A stretch of DNA of 62,865 nt, filler included, from Aduncisulcus paluster (taxonomy: Eukaryota): the NCBI GenBank assembly GCA_024181965.1. It is 8 parts of 8 records of this genome, joined end to end, with 100 filler letters (N's around TTAATTAATTAA, not from the genome) between each part and the next. Parts side by side here need not be neighbours in the genome. Positions count along the whole stretch, not along the records: positions 31,563 to 42,308 come from BQXS01010953.1; positions 42,409 to 49,815 come from BQXS01010954.1; 6 more parts are not named here. One strand, given 5' to 3'. Below the pieces are notes generated by a model that was not told where the DNA came from, did no database searches, and worked only from the letters and a program-made list of their open reading frames with translations. A program made the position numbers and the translations under genes. This document shows positions 32,704 to 45,400 of this stretch, piece after piece (the first letter of the stretch is position 1; the number at the start of each line of letters is the position of its first letter).

Positions 32704-35700
32704 CACTTCAGGGAAATGGTTTTCTGTTGTTTCTCACCGCACTTTCTAATTTTAGAAATGGCCGTATCTCTTTGCTGAGATTCATCAAAGAGTGATAAAC
32801 ACAAACTCTCAGTCCATTTATAAGGTAAAGCAAGAGGGGTCGTGGCTCTTTTCGTCATTTGTTCATTTTTCCCGTGTTTCCAATGGTCAAAGGCATCAGA
32901 AAAAGATAAAGTTAAGAACCAAATACATTGTTGCAACGCTGATATTTCTCTCCACATTGGGTTTTTCACCAACACATCAAGGCTGATCCATTGGTGTAAA
33001 TCCATTCGCCATTCTTTAAGCATTTTCTGCAATAAACTCCCCATATCTGATGCCACACTGTTGCTGATATCAGGAATTCCCAGAGAAAGCACCCGTGAGA
33101 GATTGTTTCTCATTGATTTGCAAAGGAGAGATGATATATCAGACCATAGCGACATCACAGAATGTCCACACAAATCATGCGTGCTAATATTTAACGTAGA
33201 AGAAGCAAAGAATGAGGAAGAAGCAGATGAAGATAAGATACTTGGTGGGAGACCACCATCTATAGCTATTTCAGGGGAAAGAGCCTTGTATATTGAGCTA
33301 ATTGAAAGGGCATCGTCATCCATCTTGCTAAGATCAGTCTTTCTCACTGCTCCAAAAATAGAACAATACATTGCTGTGACCACTCCGACAGCCTTGAGAA
33401 TATTCTCGGTATATTTTGAGAATTGACTCGATGCTAAAGTTGTCTTTTCTCGAAGTTGTCTAATCATTGGTTTTAAATATAGCGCATTGTAGGTTTCACT
33501 ATGATGTCCAAGGAAATCCCGCAAAGCAGCGAGGCATGAAGAAGAGGAAGAGGAAGAGAGGAGAGATAGAATAGTTGACACCGAATTGTGTCGGTGTTGG
33601 ATCATTGAACAAGAGAGAACATTATTCGATCTATCTTTAGAAGCTGAGAAAGAAGAAGAAGAGGAAGAGGATGGGAGGTCATAATTATTATGCCCATTTG
33701 GCAATATAATCTCCTTAATGATACTCGAGCTATGCAATAATTCCCTTGGCAATGTAGCTATAATGTTCTCTCTTATCATCATCATAGCAACTGAAACAAT
33801 ACATTCATGAACAAATTCATACAAATATTCAACGGAAAGCGTGTCTAAATGCCAAGTTTTATCATTAATTTTCTGCAAATGTCGTATTTTAACATCGATT
33901 GAGGGATTTTCAGTAGAAATGTCAACATCTTTAGTATCGGATGATGATTTGTTTGATGATCCAAATAACCATGAAAAGAACCCTCCTTTTCCTTTCTTCT
34001 CTTTCATTATATCGCTTCCTCTCTCACTTCCACTACTTCCACTAATAATAGTCTTTCCTCTGACAGAGCTATTTATAGATCCATGAGAAGAAGAGGAAGA
34101 GGAAGAGGAAGTAGCAGAAGCAGAAGCAGAAGCAGCAGAAGCACTGTGCCCATCAGAAGGAGAGCTAGATAATGAAGCAGAATACTTCCCCTTTTCAATA
34201 TGGGTACAACCACCACCGGGTAGTTCATGCAATTTGAGGATTATATATTTTAGGAACGATTGAGAAACATTGAAAAACGGCATTAAATGTGTCGATATAA
34301 GTTCTTTTGATTGCTCCAGCAATATATCTGTTGTTATATCATCTGAAACATATGGAAAGATCATTGGATGGATGTTGTTTGTTGTTGAACTGTTTGTTGA
34401 ACAAGAAATACCGTTCATTATTCCTTTCCCTTCAATCTCACATTCATCCTCTAGACTACTAGGCTTTAGACTATCAGGCTTTAGACTACTAGGCTTTAGA
34501 CTACTAGGCTTTAGACTATCAGGCTTTAGACTACTAGGCTTTAGACTATCAGGCTTTAGACTATCAGGCTTACTGTACTGACCCAAAGGATTCGTATCAT
34601 GAGTATCAACAATGTTGTCAGTTCCATCTCCTGCTCCTTCTTGTGCTCCTTCTCCTTCTTCTTCAGTTCCTTGAGATAGAGATACAGCATCGTCAGAATC
34701 TTCCCAACCTTCACCCTCACTCAACTCTTCTTCTCTTTCTTCTCCTTCTTCTCTTTCTTTGAGAACATTACTATTCTCTTTCATCTTCTTCTTGGATTCT
34801 TCTGATTGTATATCTTGGATGTTTCCTTTGCTCTGTGAAGTCTCATCTAGAATAGCTTTAGTACTAAAGCTTAAGGAAAGAGCAGGATCTACGATTCCAT
34901 AAATAATCTGACAACATTCATAGAGTTTCTCCTCCATTCTCAGGACATCCCAGATTATTCCACAGAGATTCCTACACTGATTACATATTTGGATCGCCCA
35001 CTGATGATTATTACCACCACCTCCAAGAGAAGCCGAGTGAAGAGAAGAAAGAAGAGGAGGGAGAGAACAAGAGGGGCTTGGTGGACAATATAATAGTGAA
35101 AAGGGAGATGCTGAAGACAACGGCTGAGGAGGTTCAGACTGAGGTTCAGGGTGAGGCTGAGATTGACCATGGATTTGATCATGATCATGGCCAGTACGAT
35201 AGGGTGATATACTTTCATCTTCTTCACCTGTCGTTATTGACTCTGGTTGTGAATCTATTTTTGGAATGATCGGTGTGCATATAGCGTTACTATTTTTAGA
35301 TATTGATCCAGAAGTGGGTGAGGAGAGATACATCCCTGAAGATTCTTCAGCAGTAGCAGTAGCACCTCCAAGCATCGTAAAGGCAGCAGAAGAATCATTT
35401 TCAGCATCCACGTCATCATCTTCTTTTTCAAGGCAGTCATCATGTTGGACACCAAGGATGGGACTCGGTGTCATTGCATGAGATTTTTTTCCAATTATGG
35501 GCTGGACAACTCCAATTATGGGCTGGACATCTCCGGCCGGTGGTGGAGTGACGGGCGCTATACTGCTATTTTTAGAATATCTATTTATAGAATGTTGAGC
35601 AGCTAAACGAGACATCGGTGTGGCATGAGATTGAGGAGTATGAGGAAGATTTGAGGCGTGCAAGGGTGTCAAAAGTTTGATATTTACCATTGTTTTTGCA

Positions 35701-38210
35701 GAAGAAGAAGAAGAAGAGGAAGAAGAAGAGGAAGAGGCCGAAAGATCTCCATCTCTTTTATGGATTATTTCTCCTGATCCTCTTTCTCGGAGTCCTGATA
35801 TTACCGTTTCAGATGGTTCAGATGTTTTAATTCCACCATTTGCAGCCGTTGATGCAGTAGGTATTTCTTGAGTCGATAGTTTAGAACTTCTTGACGGAAC
35901 TTCTACATAATCTCTATCAGCTCCAATATTCGATCTATTTTTAGAATGTTCTGAGATAGAAGAAGACGAGGAAGAAGAAGAGGAAGAAGAAGAAGAGGAT
36001 ATAATACTTTCCTGGACAAATTGTTCAATCTTAGTCGTTTCTCTTAATAAATCAATAATATTAATCGTGTTTTCGTCTTTTTCTCCTTTCATAACTGTTT
36101 TCATCAAGGAGACTCTAGAAACGCTAAGAGGAAATTGTTTTAACATTCGTAAATTCAACCTTTCAAGCGCACTAATTGCACCGCACATGACTATAATTAG
36201 ACACATGCTATAATTAGATGTCATTGACTTGATTAAGGCTTCATCAACACGAATAAAATAACGAGATACGATTGTTTTCATGACAGATACATCATATGAA
36301 TGATATACTGATATACTATCGGACGACTGTTTCTTCTTCTCTTTCTCTGCCTCATCTCTTGTTTCTCTTTCTTTTTTGTTACTATTAACATTTGTTTCAT
36401 TATTAGGTAAGGTGGATAATACAAAGACGGTATCAAATATATAGGGAGATAATACATCAGTTCGTCCAAGGAAATAATCTCTCACGTGGTCAATAGTCGT
36501 CTCTGAGAGCTGTGTACACACTCCACGAGTAACTGTGCTATTATTAGGACATATCTTAATCAATGAAGCCAGTGTCAATGTCAGAGTACTCAATGAAAGC
36601 GAAGAAGAAAAGGAAGAAGAGGAGGAAGAAGAAGAGGAAGAGGAGGAAGAGGAGGAAGGGTGTTCTGAATAATGTTTTTGGTGTGCATATAGACCTTGAG
36701 ATCCTCTCCTTTTCCTTTTCTTGTTCAGTATAGTACAATGTTGATGTGACCATTGTTTCATCGTAGAGCACATGGAAGTCACCAATTTCATGGATATTTG
36801 ACGTATAACTGTTGATATCTCTACTTTAACTTCATTAGAAAATGGGATTGAGATGAGAGAACATGCTTTGAGGAATTCAGGGATCAGAGTCACAGGCAAT
36901 AATTGTAAAGGGAACTGAAGAAGAGGAGGAGGAGGAGGAGGAGAAGGGATAGTGGGTTGTCCTGATGTGGAAGTGGAGGATCTAATTATAGACATTGAGA
37001 AAGAAGAAGAGAGAGCAGTATCTCCAATCAATTGAAAGAATGAACATAAATGGGACAATGACTTTTGGAATAGATNNNNNNNNNNNNNNNNNNNNATAGT
37101 ACAATGTTGATGTGACCATTGTTTCATCGTAGAGCACATGGAAGTCACCAATTTCATGGATATTTGACGTATAACTGTTGATATCTCTACTTTAACTTCA
37201 TTAGAAAATGGGATTGAGATGAGAGAACATGCTTTGAGGAATTCAGGGATCAGAGTCACAGGCAATAATTGTAAAGGGAACTGAAGAAGAGGAGGAGGAG
37301 GAGGAGAAGGGATAGTGGGTTGTCCTGATGTGGAAGTGGAGGATCTAATTATAGACATTGAGAAAGAAGAAGAGAGAGCAGTATCTCCAATCAATTGAAA
37401 GAATGAACATAAATGGGACAATGACTTTTGGAATAGATTCCTGACTTTCTCATCAAAATATTTTTGGGACGATATCTCAATATGACTCATGGACTGTAGT
37501 GTCATGTCAGAAGAACAAGAAGAACAAGAAGATGAAGAAGAAGAAGAAGAAGGGGAAGAAGAAGAAGGGGAAGGGGAAGAAGAAACTTTTGAAGGCGATT
37601 TGATAAGGAATTTATGTTTATCTTCTTCATATATTTCATGGATTCGGGCGTATGCTCGACCAATGGTGCTTCTCGCAGCAACAAAAGTACTAAATGCAGA
37701 AGAACACTCAACACAAAATTGAATGAGGGAAATAAGCTCATTTGAGGCCAAATATTCATTATGTTGAGTGGATGTAGATATCAAGGGAATTGTTAACAGA
37801 GTTTCTGACGGTTTCGAATCAAGCAGAGCAGATAATGCCTTTTCCGCCTGTAATACAGGGCTTAGCTTGACAAATAATCTTTCTAATTCTTCTTTTTTAT
37901 CTAGAGATACGATTTGTTCCACAATTTCATCATATAAATCTCCTATTTCCTGGGAAGAGGAGAAGGTATGTTTATCAGAATGTATATAAGAAGATTTCAA
38001 TATATCAAGCCGCTTACTCAGTTGTACCGCATACTTACTTGAATATTCATTGTCTATCACCTGAATTACAGATTCAAGAAGCTCAGAACGTTGTTTCTAA
38101 ATGACATGAAGAGTATAAATAATGAATCGATAAGGAAAACATATAAATTATCAACAAAAACATACTAATAAAAAATCCAATTCTTCGAATTGGATCTTAG
38201 AGTTCTCCAT
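32703..38210 (-). CDS. ZW10/Dsl1-like tethering protein, expanded by low-complexity inserts (~1690 aa corrected); intron 38097-38165
   Basis: The C-terminus VLSLGIPDISNSVASDM...PMWREISALQQCIWFLTLSFSDAFDHWKHGK...LCLSLFDESQQRDTAISKI resembles the ZW10 end (EDIS...SL.EI..RW..GK...LIRALF.....R..AL.KI). Exon 1 MENSKIQFEELDFLL (38210-38166) splices GTATGT...TTTAG in frame. Confidence 0.7.
34451..34571 (-). repeat. 15-nt coding tandem repeat, (KP[DS]SL)x8
   Basis: AGGCTTTAGACTATC and AGGCTTTAGACTACT units on the + strand. Confidence 0.95.
36730..37438. other. Assembly artefact: 346/343-bp duplicate across a 20-N gap, copies differ by one GGA
   Basis: 36730-37075 vs 37096-37438; the poly-Pro run is 6 vs 5 codons. 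Confidence 0.9.
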
Positions 38211-38924
38211 TGTTGTCAAAATGGCAATTGAATTCGAAAATTGATTGCTCCGTTCAATTCAATAGTATCGATATAAAAAACCAATGGTAACATTAAGCTC
38301 TTTATTTCATTAACATTTTCAACACACTATCTTTTGTTGTATCATATTTCTCACCTTTAGAAGGAATTTCAATCACCACGGGTAATGACTTACTTTTAAC
38401 GTGATTTTCGACAATTGTTCTGATTGATGATGCAATGGTTTGATTAATAATGATCATTGCATTCGTTTTATCTTCGATGAAGAGATTAAAATGCTTTGCT
38501 ACATCCTCGGGCTTGGTAGAATCTTTTACAACAAAATAATTCTTGTCTCCAACTCCAACCCCAGTTAAAAGGAAACCAGAAATTGTATCCTTTTATCAAT
38601 GACATTATAAAATAATTAAACAACAAGTGGGCAAATTAATATTTGAAATTGAAGGTAAGAAAAGCAATAAAATATTATCTAATTAGTAAATTCACATACT
38701 GTATCTCCAATCAAAGCAATTTTACCCGCATTCATCCTGTAAATGTTGTCAAATCCACTCGAAAATGGATTGAATTCAAAAAATGAAGAAAAAATTAAAT
38801 TAATGGTCAATATTCTTTATTGAAATCAACTATATTTTTTATATTAAATTTTAAATAATGGTATTATGAATGGGGTCAGCTCCAAGATAAGGAAAGAAGT
38901 TGTGAAGTTGAAAACCCATAATAT

Positions 38925-39365
38925 CTATTCTTTCATTTCTTCTTCATCCTCCTCTTCCTCCTCTTCTTCCATTTCGGTCTTCATTTCCTCTATTTTTTGC
39001 TGTACTCTTGGGTTGGCTTCCAACAACATATCAAAAAGGGCGCTAGCTTCTGAATCTGTCAATTTGTCCTCGATATGATCAATACAAGAATAAACTTCTG
39101 CAAGAGAAAGAGGAATATTGTTTAATAAATTCCTACAATCCAAATCAGTGAGTTTAGGAAACTGAGAGAGGGCTGACAAAGATGCTTCAAAGCTTTCGGC
39201 GGTAAAATGACCGACGCTTTGCTTTAAAACATATCTTACGAGCGCTTGAAATTTTTTATGTGGTTTAGATAAAGAGATAGGGCGTGGAACTAGAGCATCC
39301 ATTTCCTTCTTCCGCATAAGGCGTCTAAAAACTTCCAAATCTGTTAATATAATATCTGTATCCAT
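38925..39365 (-). CDS. RNA polymerase III subunit RPC9/C17 (Rpb4-like HRDC fold)
   Basis: IILTDLEVF...LTDLDCRNLLNNIPLSLAEVYSCIDHIEDKLTDSE resembles RPC9 LSNYEV...LT..E.LQLLN.RP....E...IVEE.EERLT.E. Confidence 0.75.
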   Translation of the reverse strand: MDTDIILTDLEVFRRLMRKKEMDALVPRPISLSKPHKKFQALVRYVLKQSVGHFTAESFEASLSALSQFPKLTDLDCRNLLNNIPLSLAEVYSCIDHIEDKLTDSEASALFDMLLEANPRVQQKIEEMKTEMEEEEEEEDEEEMKE

Positions 39366-39515
39366 TGTTATTTCTATTGATTTTTTGGCATTTATCTTGT
39401 GTAACGCAAAACAAGGAAATGAGTGTTTTGAGAAAGTCGTGACTTGTTGATTCTTTCATTCATTCGTTCTCCACCCACCAATTTAATATACAGGTCAAAT
39501 ATAAAAAAAGACTAA

Positions 39516-41073
39516 ATGTCAGGTAGTGAGCAGCTGGACTTTAGATTTTGCCAGGTATTTGGTGATACTTGTCCTGTAGAGGAAGCAAGTAATTGTGACA
39601 TCATCAGCGCCGTAAAGTTTGATAAAACTGGTCAATATTTGGCTGTTGGTGATAGGGGAGGAAGAGCAATCATATTTGAAAGGGCAGAATCTAAAAAGAA
39701 AAGCAAGTCACACTTTGTCGGTTATAAGTTCTTAATTGAATTTCAATCTCATGAACAAGAGTTTGATTACCTTCGTTCGTTAGAAGTTGATGAAAAGGTA
39801 TGTCTATTTTTTTTTATTAATTAACGTTTTGACCTCTTTTCTGTTGAGTTAGTCTCACTCATTGGTATTTCCCCATTTTGACAAATATCCACAAACACCT
39901 TTATTTTTAAAATATTATTAGATTAATGCAATTCATTGGTGGAATCCCCAAAACAAAGCTCAACTTCTTCTTTCTGCAAATGATAAAACCATCAAATTGT
40001 GGAAAATATTCCGCAGAAAAGTTGTAGAAGTCGGTAATTTAAACATTCCTAAGCCCGAAGGCCGAGTATTAGACATGGCTACTGCCAGACGCATTGCAAA
40101 TCCCGGTGATTTGCGTATCCCTCGTTTGCGGACGACTGAATTAATGCTTTCCGCCATTCGTAGACGTCAATATGCCAACATCCATTCTTATCACATCAAT
40201 TCCCTCTCTTTATCCGCTGATGGAGATGTATTCCTTTCTGCTGATGATTTGAGAATTTATATTTGGTCCTTGCATCATCACAAGGAAGTTTTCAACGTTT
40301 GTGACATTAAACCCGCCTGTATGGGTGATTTGAGTGAAGTTATCACCTGTGCCAAGTTCCACCCTCGTGACGGTGCTGTCATGTTCTATGGTTCTTCCAA
40401 AGGAGCCGTTAGAATGTGCGATATGAGATGCAGGGCCCTTTGTGACAAGCCAACGAAGGAGTATTATACTCCCCCCGTCGGTGGTGGCGTTAGTGAGATT
40501 GTTGCCAGCGTTGGAGATTTCCAAGTGAGTACGGATGGTCGTAACATTTATTCTCGTGATTATCTTGGTATTAAAATATGGGATGTTCGTAAGTCTGACC
40601 ACCCAGTCACCACTATTCCCATCTACAATGGTCTCCGAAGCAAACTTGATAGTCTGTATGAAAGCGAATTCTTGTTTGATCGATTCCATCTGGCGCTTGG
40701 TCCTCACAGTCGTTATCTTTTCACTGGATTCTATTCTGATCACTTCTTCTGTTATGACGGCCATGGAAAGTACGGATTCACTGCCCAAGCTTCAAGATCC
40801 GTCCTTGGAAGGAAAGTTCGTGAGAAAAAAGCCATTGAGTTGGCCAAGGCTGCTGCCAGCAACCCTCTTACTGGTGCCAGTATAAATGGAAAGCGTGTTC
40901 TTGATGGAGGCCAATACCTTGGGGATTTTGCCCCCGATCTATCTTACAAGAAAAAGATATCATTTCTGGACGTACATCCAACTGAAAATATTGTTGCACT
41001 AGCCACATTATGCAATTTGTATATATACACTGGTGTGAAGCCACAGGTTGGCTCGAGATCATCCAGAAAATGA
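39516..41073 (+). CDS. PP2A regulatory subunit B (B55/Cdc55), 477 aa; intron 39798-39921
   Basis: DIISAVKFDKTGQYLAVGDRGGR, EFQSHEQEFDYLRSLE.DEK|INAI, NDKTIKLWK, HSYHINSLS and SADDLRI. The 124-nt GTATGT...TTAG intron restores the frame. Confidence 0.97.
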
Positions 41074-41394
41074 AACTTTACAGTGACACTTATTTTCCCT
41101 TTTTGAAAAAGGCTTTTTCTATTATTTTTGGAATCCATCAGGTTTCAACATTTCAAACAGTAAAAATAATAATATTTACTATTTGTTTTATATGATAATT
41201 TATTACCAATTGTGTTGTCATCATGACAAGGGATATGATATCCCTGGGATCGAAATGGGCCATTTCTTGACACCACAGGTGAACAACTAATGTTTTTGAC
41301 CTTCACATAATTAAGTGCTCAATGGTGAACGTAATGGATATTTCTATTTTTGAATTACAATAAGATGTTGCATTTTTTTTGCAGATTAACTTCC

Positions 41395-41457
41395 GAAGTT
41401 CCAAATGCGGCCGGGGCGTCTTTATTACAAACAACAACAACAGAAGTTCCAAATGCG
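41395..41457 (+). mobile_element. Ultra-short insertion CGGCCGGGGCGTCT-TTATT-ACAA(ACA)n with 13-15 bp TSD GAAGTTCCAAATG(CG)
   Basis: Direct repeats at 41395-41409 and 41443-41457. A second family member lies at 54893-54953. Confidence 0.8.
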
Positions 41458-42408
41458 AGTCCCATCATGCGATCTATATGATATTGCAGCTGTAAAATGC
41501 AGCTCAATGAGCTGGAACTGGATTCATGGGAGCAATGGGTATGGGCGGTGGAATGATGGGCGGAATGGGATTCTAATCCAGAAGATTCAACTCTGTCTTA
41601 TTACACTTGGTTTCTAATGTGTCAATGTTTTAGCTTATGTATTCAATCCAATCAAAGCCTTTGATTCTTGTGTCCGTAATCATCGTGACGATAGTTCAAC
41701 ACAAAAATGGATTTTGAAGATCAAATATCTTAGGGGGGTTTGCCAGATCGACTCGATCTGATCGAGGTACGGAGAATATTTGAAATCCTTTTAATAACTA
41801 ATTTGAAAATGTATACAGTATTACTGTCTTTCATGTGTTATATAAATGCATGTGATAGATGATCTACTGACTATCAATGATATAATATCATCGTTTTGGT
41901 ACGCCATATACCTGGTTTAATAACCCAGTGGTTTGTAACGGAAGCAACAGTGTGTTTTTGATTTCTCTTCTCTCCAGCATTTCTCCCCTTTCTTTGTTTT
42001 GGAGATTTATTTATAGGACGACTTTGTACGCCAATTTTCTAATCGTTTTGAATGCTATAAATCCCAATTCGTGACATTCTTCTGTATTTTGGTTTTCATT
42101 GGATTCCATTTTAAATAAGTTAGATCCCAAGCACTGCCTGATTGCCGCCTCAGGCGCTGGCCAATCGATCATCCAGTTCCATTAATTACTATTGCTGTTA
42201 CGATAATTTTTTTTTGCTGTCAGTAATACTGGCCCAGTAACACCAGTGGTGATATATGATGATAGACGATGTACATTGAATGCACATTCCATGGATGCTG
42301 AGTTGTCANNNNNNNNNNNNNNNNNNNNNNNNNNNNNNNNNNNNNNNNNNNNTTAATTAATTAANNNNNNNNNNNNNNNNNNNNNNNNNNNNNNNNNNNN
42401 NNNNNNNN

Positions 42409-45400
42409 CGATTCCACCTCAGCTTCTCTACATTCTTTGCCGTCTGCTGCCGATGTTCCTTTCGGCTCATCTTCGGTGTCTTCATCGGTGTCGAGCATTG
42501 ATCATCACTCGCGTGCATCTATTGATGGCCGTGACCAAGAGTTTGGGGGCCCTCAGCTATCTTATGGACACTGTACCAAACAACATCACTCACAACCCTC
42601 TTTGATACCTAACTCCTCTTCCTCTTCCTCCTCGTCTTCTGTTCCCCAGCGTTTTGAACAGGCGAGTTTAGCTTCTGGTGGAGACTATCTCATGCGATCC
42701 TCACCCTCTTTCCGGTACTTTCCTCACTCCCAACACTCTTCTGCTTTCTACAACTCTTCTGCTTCCTCCCAAACAGGTGTCTACCTTGCCCGACACTCCT
42801 CGATGCCTCTTCGTGGAGAACATTCGATGTTCACGTCTGCCCCTGTTCTCATGTCTACTCATATGGAGCCCTCATTCTCTCCTTCTTCATCAGACCAGCA
42901 GCATCAACATCACCAGCAACATCCCAACTATTCCCAGCATGTCTCTACATCCTCACATGGATCCCAGCCCTCACAGCATCACTATCACCCCCCTGTCTCA
43001 TCATCTCACGTCCATCACTCGACCGTGCAGCATCAACACCTCATCCAAGGATCACGTTCTAATCCTCGACTTGCTTTCTATTCTTCTGATTCTGTATTGT
43101 ATCCAAGCTCTGCTCCTTTGCAACCTTCCCTGTATCCTCAGGGGTTCGTCCCATCAGGGTCTGCCGGACAGGGCTTCGGCTATCCACCGGCGGCAACCGG
43201 TCATCAACACCAGCCTCGGATTGGAAGAAGTCCTAGTGGTGGCAGTATTGGTAGTATGCATCATAGCTCCTCCCGATCGTCTCCTCACTCCTCAGGTCAT
43301 TCATCCACTCACTCCTCCGGTCATTCTTCCTTGGCTACCTCTCCACACCCTCTCTTTCGTCCTCAGTCCCAAGGGTACTACCCTGTTCCACTTGGACAGG
43401 AGCCATCGGTGTCAGGGTCACAGATCCAGACAACCGGTTCCTCTTCCTCTACCTCAGTAGTTAGTAGTGACGGTAATCAATTTGAGGCCCCTCGTGATGG
43501 TGGTGTTCCATTGAGTCCCAAGAACTCAGTCATGAGTCCCAAGAACTCAGTCATGAGTCCATCGTCGCATTCTCTTCCATCTAGTGCAACTGAAGGAGCA
43601 TCTTGGACCGCTTCATCCTCATCTTCTCTGTCTGGACATCGATGCGGTGCCAATTCTTACATGTGCTCTTCTGCTTCTGCTGCTGGCAATACATCGAGTG
43701 GACGTATGATCCATTCTCAGCATCAACAAGCATCCTCTTATCCCACGTGTTTCTCCGATGGATCTGTCCAAAGTCCTGTCGTTGGTAACATCAGTGATAG
43801 TCAACAACGACAACATCGTGTGAGAGGAAACAGTAGTAGAGAAGGTCTTCATGGATTGAGAGGAACGCAAGGACAGATGTCATCACAATACGCTCAGTCA
43901 CAGACAGAGACACAGACACAGACATCTGGTGGTTTATCTCAGAAAACATCTCTTGAGCTTCCTGAGCATCCTCTTCCACCATTCCTGACAAATATTATCT
44001 TTGAACTTGTATTTTCTCTTGCCCCCATGAAATTGCTTGACCATATCTGCTCTTCTCATCAGAACAAACATATCATTTCGTGTGTCCGTGTGTGTGTCGG
44101 TACAGAGTTGGGACTGATTACTTGGGATGGAATTACTGCACAACGATCTATTGGCACTTCATGTCGGCACCCTTCCTCTTCATCCTATTCTCATCAACGT
44201 CCTCCTTCTCTCCACTCTCATCGCCAGCACCAGTTACCAAGTGGTCCATCGATGTCAAGCATAGCCTCGGTGATCTCTAACTTCTCTGATGAAGAGTCAT
44301 ATTCTGACGATCATTCCCTGACTGAATCTGGTGTCACTCAGAGCGATCTTCTCCTTTTACAATCAAAAGAAGCTCTATTCCAAGAGTGGATGCGTCACCG
44401 TGAAAAGCAGAGAAAAGAAGAGAGAGAAAGGAACAAACACTTTTCTTCTGGCCTGTGTTCCATCTCCTCTTCTCTTCCTCCTTTACCTTTATCCAAACTG
44501 CCCCACTCTCTTGCCCTGTGTGATTATCTCTTGAAAATTCTCATTCAGGGCGTTGAGAGAGAAGAGAAGGACGCTGAGATTACAGAGGAACAAAGGAAAA
44601 GAGGGTTTCAACGAAGGAAATTACAGGAAACATCTGAAGATCCAAGGTGGTGGGCTCAAATTGTAACGAACGAATCTTCTTCCACGGCATTCAAGATGTA
44701 TTTTTCAAAGATATTCTCATCTTCCGCATCAAGTTTCTTTATCACTGAGATTGCTCCTTTCTCATCTTCTTCCGTGTGTACTCATTTTGTATGTTCTGCT
44801 TTTCGTATGTGTAATTCTTTCCTCAAGATTGCTCATTTGGCACATTCGATGCACAGTCTTCGTTCCCTCATCCAACAAATATCTGACCCTCAAGACATTG
44901 AGATTATCGCAGGGTGTGTTCAGCGTGTAGTTCTTTCTCTTGAGGAAGAGAGACTAGGGAAGTCTGGAAGTTCTTCTTCTTCTTCTTCTTCTTCTTGTTC
45001 TACTACTTCTTGTCCTGGTGGCATGTCAATCGATACAAAGGGAGGAAATGGGAGGAGGAGAAGGAAATCGGATGGAACTGGTGGAGCATTCGATATGTGT
45101 TGTCACCCAAGTAGTATTCTGTATAAGGGAGATCACGATACCGTTTCAAGTACTTCTCTTCTCTCTCCTTCCTCCTATGGCTCTTCTTCTTCCTTTGGCT
45201 CACCTGCATCTGCACCGACTTCTTCTTCTTCCGTTATGGCTGGCACTGATATTACTTTCACTTCCTATTCCTGCACTGATTCCTTTCTTCCGCCTTGTTC
45301 CTCAGAGTCTGTGTCTGATAGTCTCACATCTGCATCATCATTCCATCATTCCTGTCCAACCTCCTTTATGAGAAATGACAATATTTGTCGGACGTGTGGG

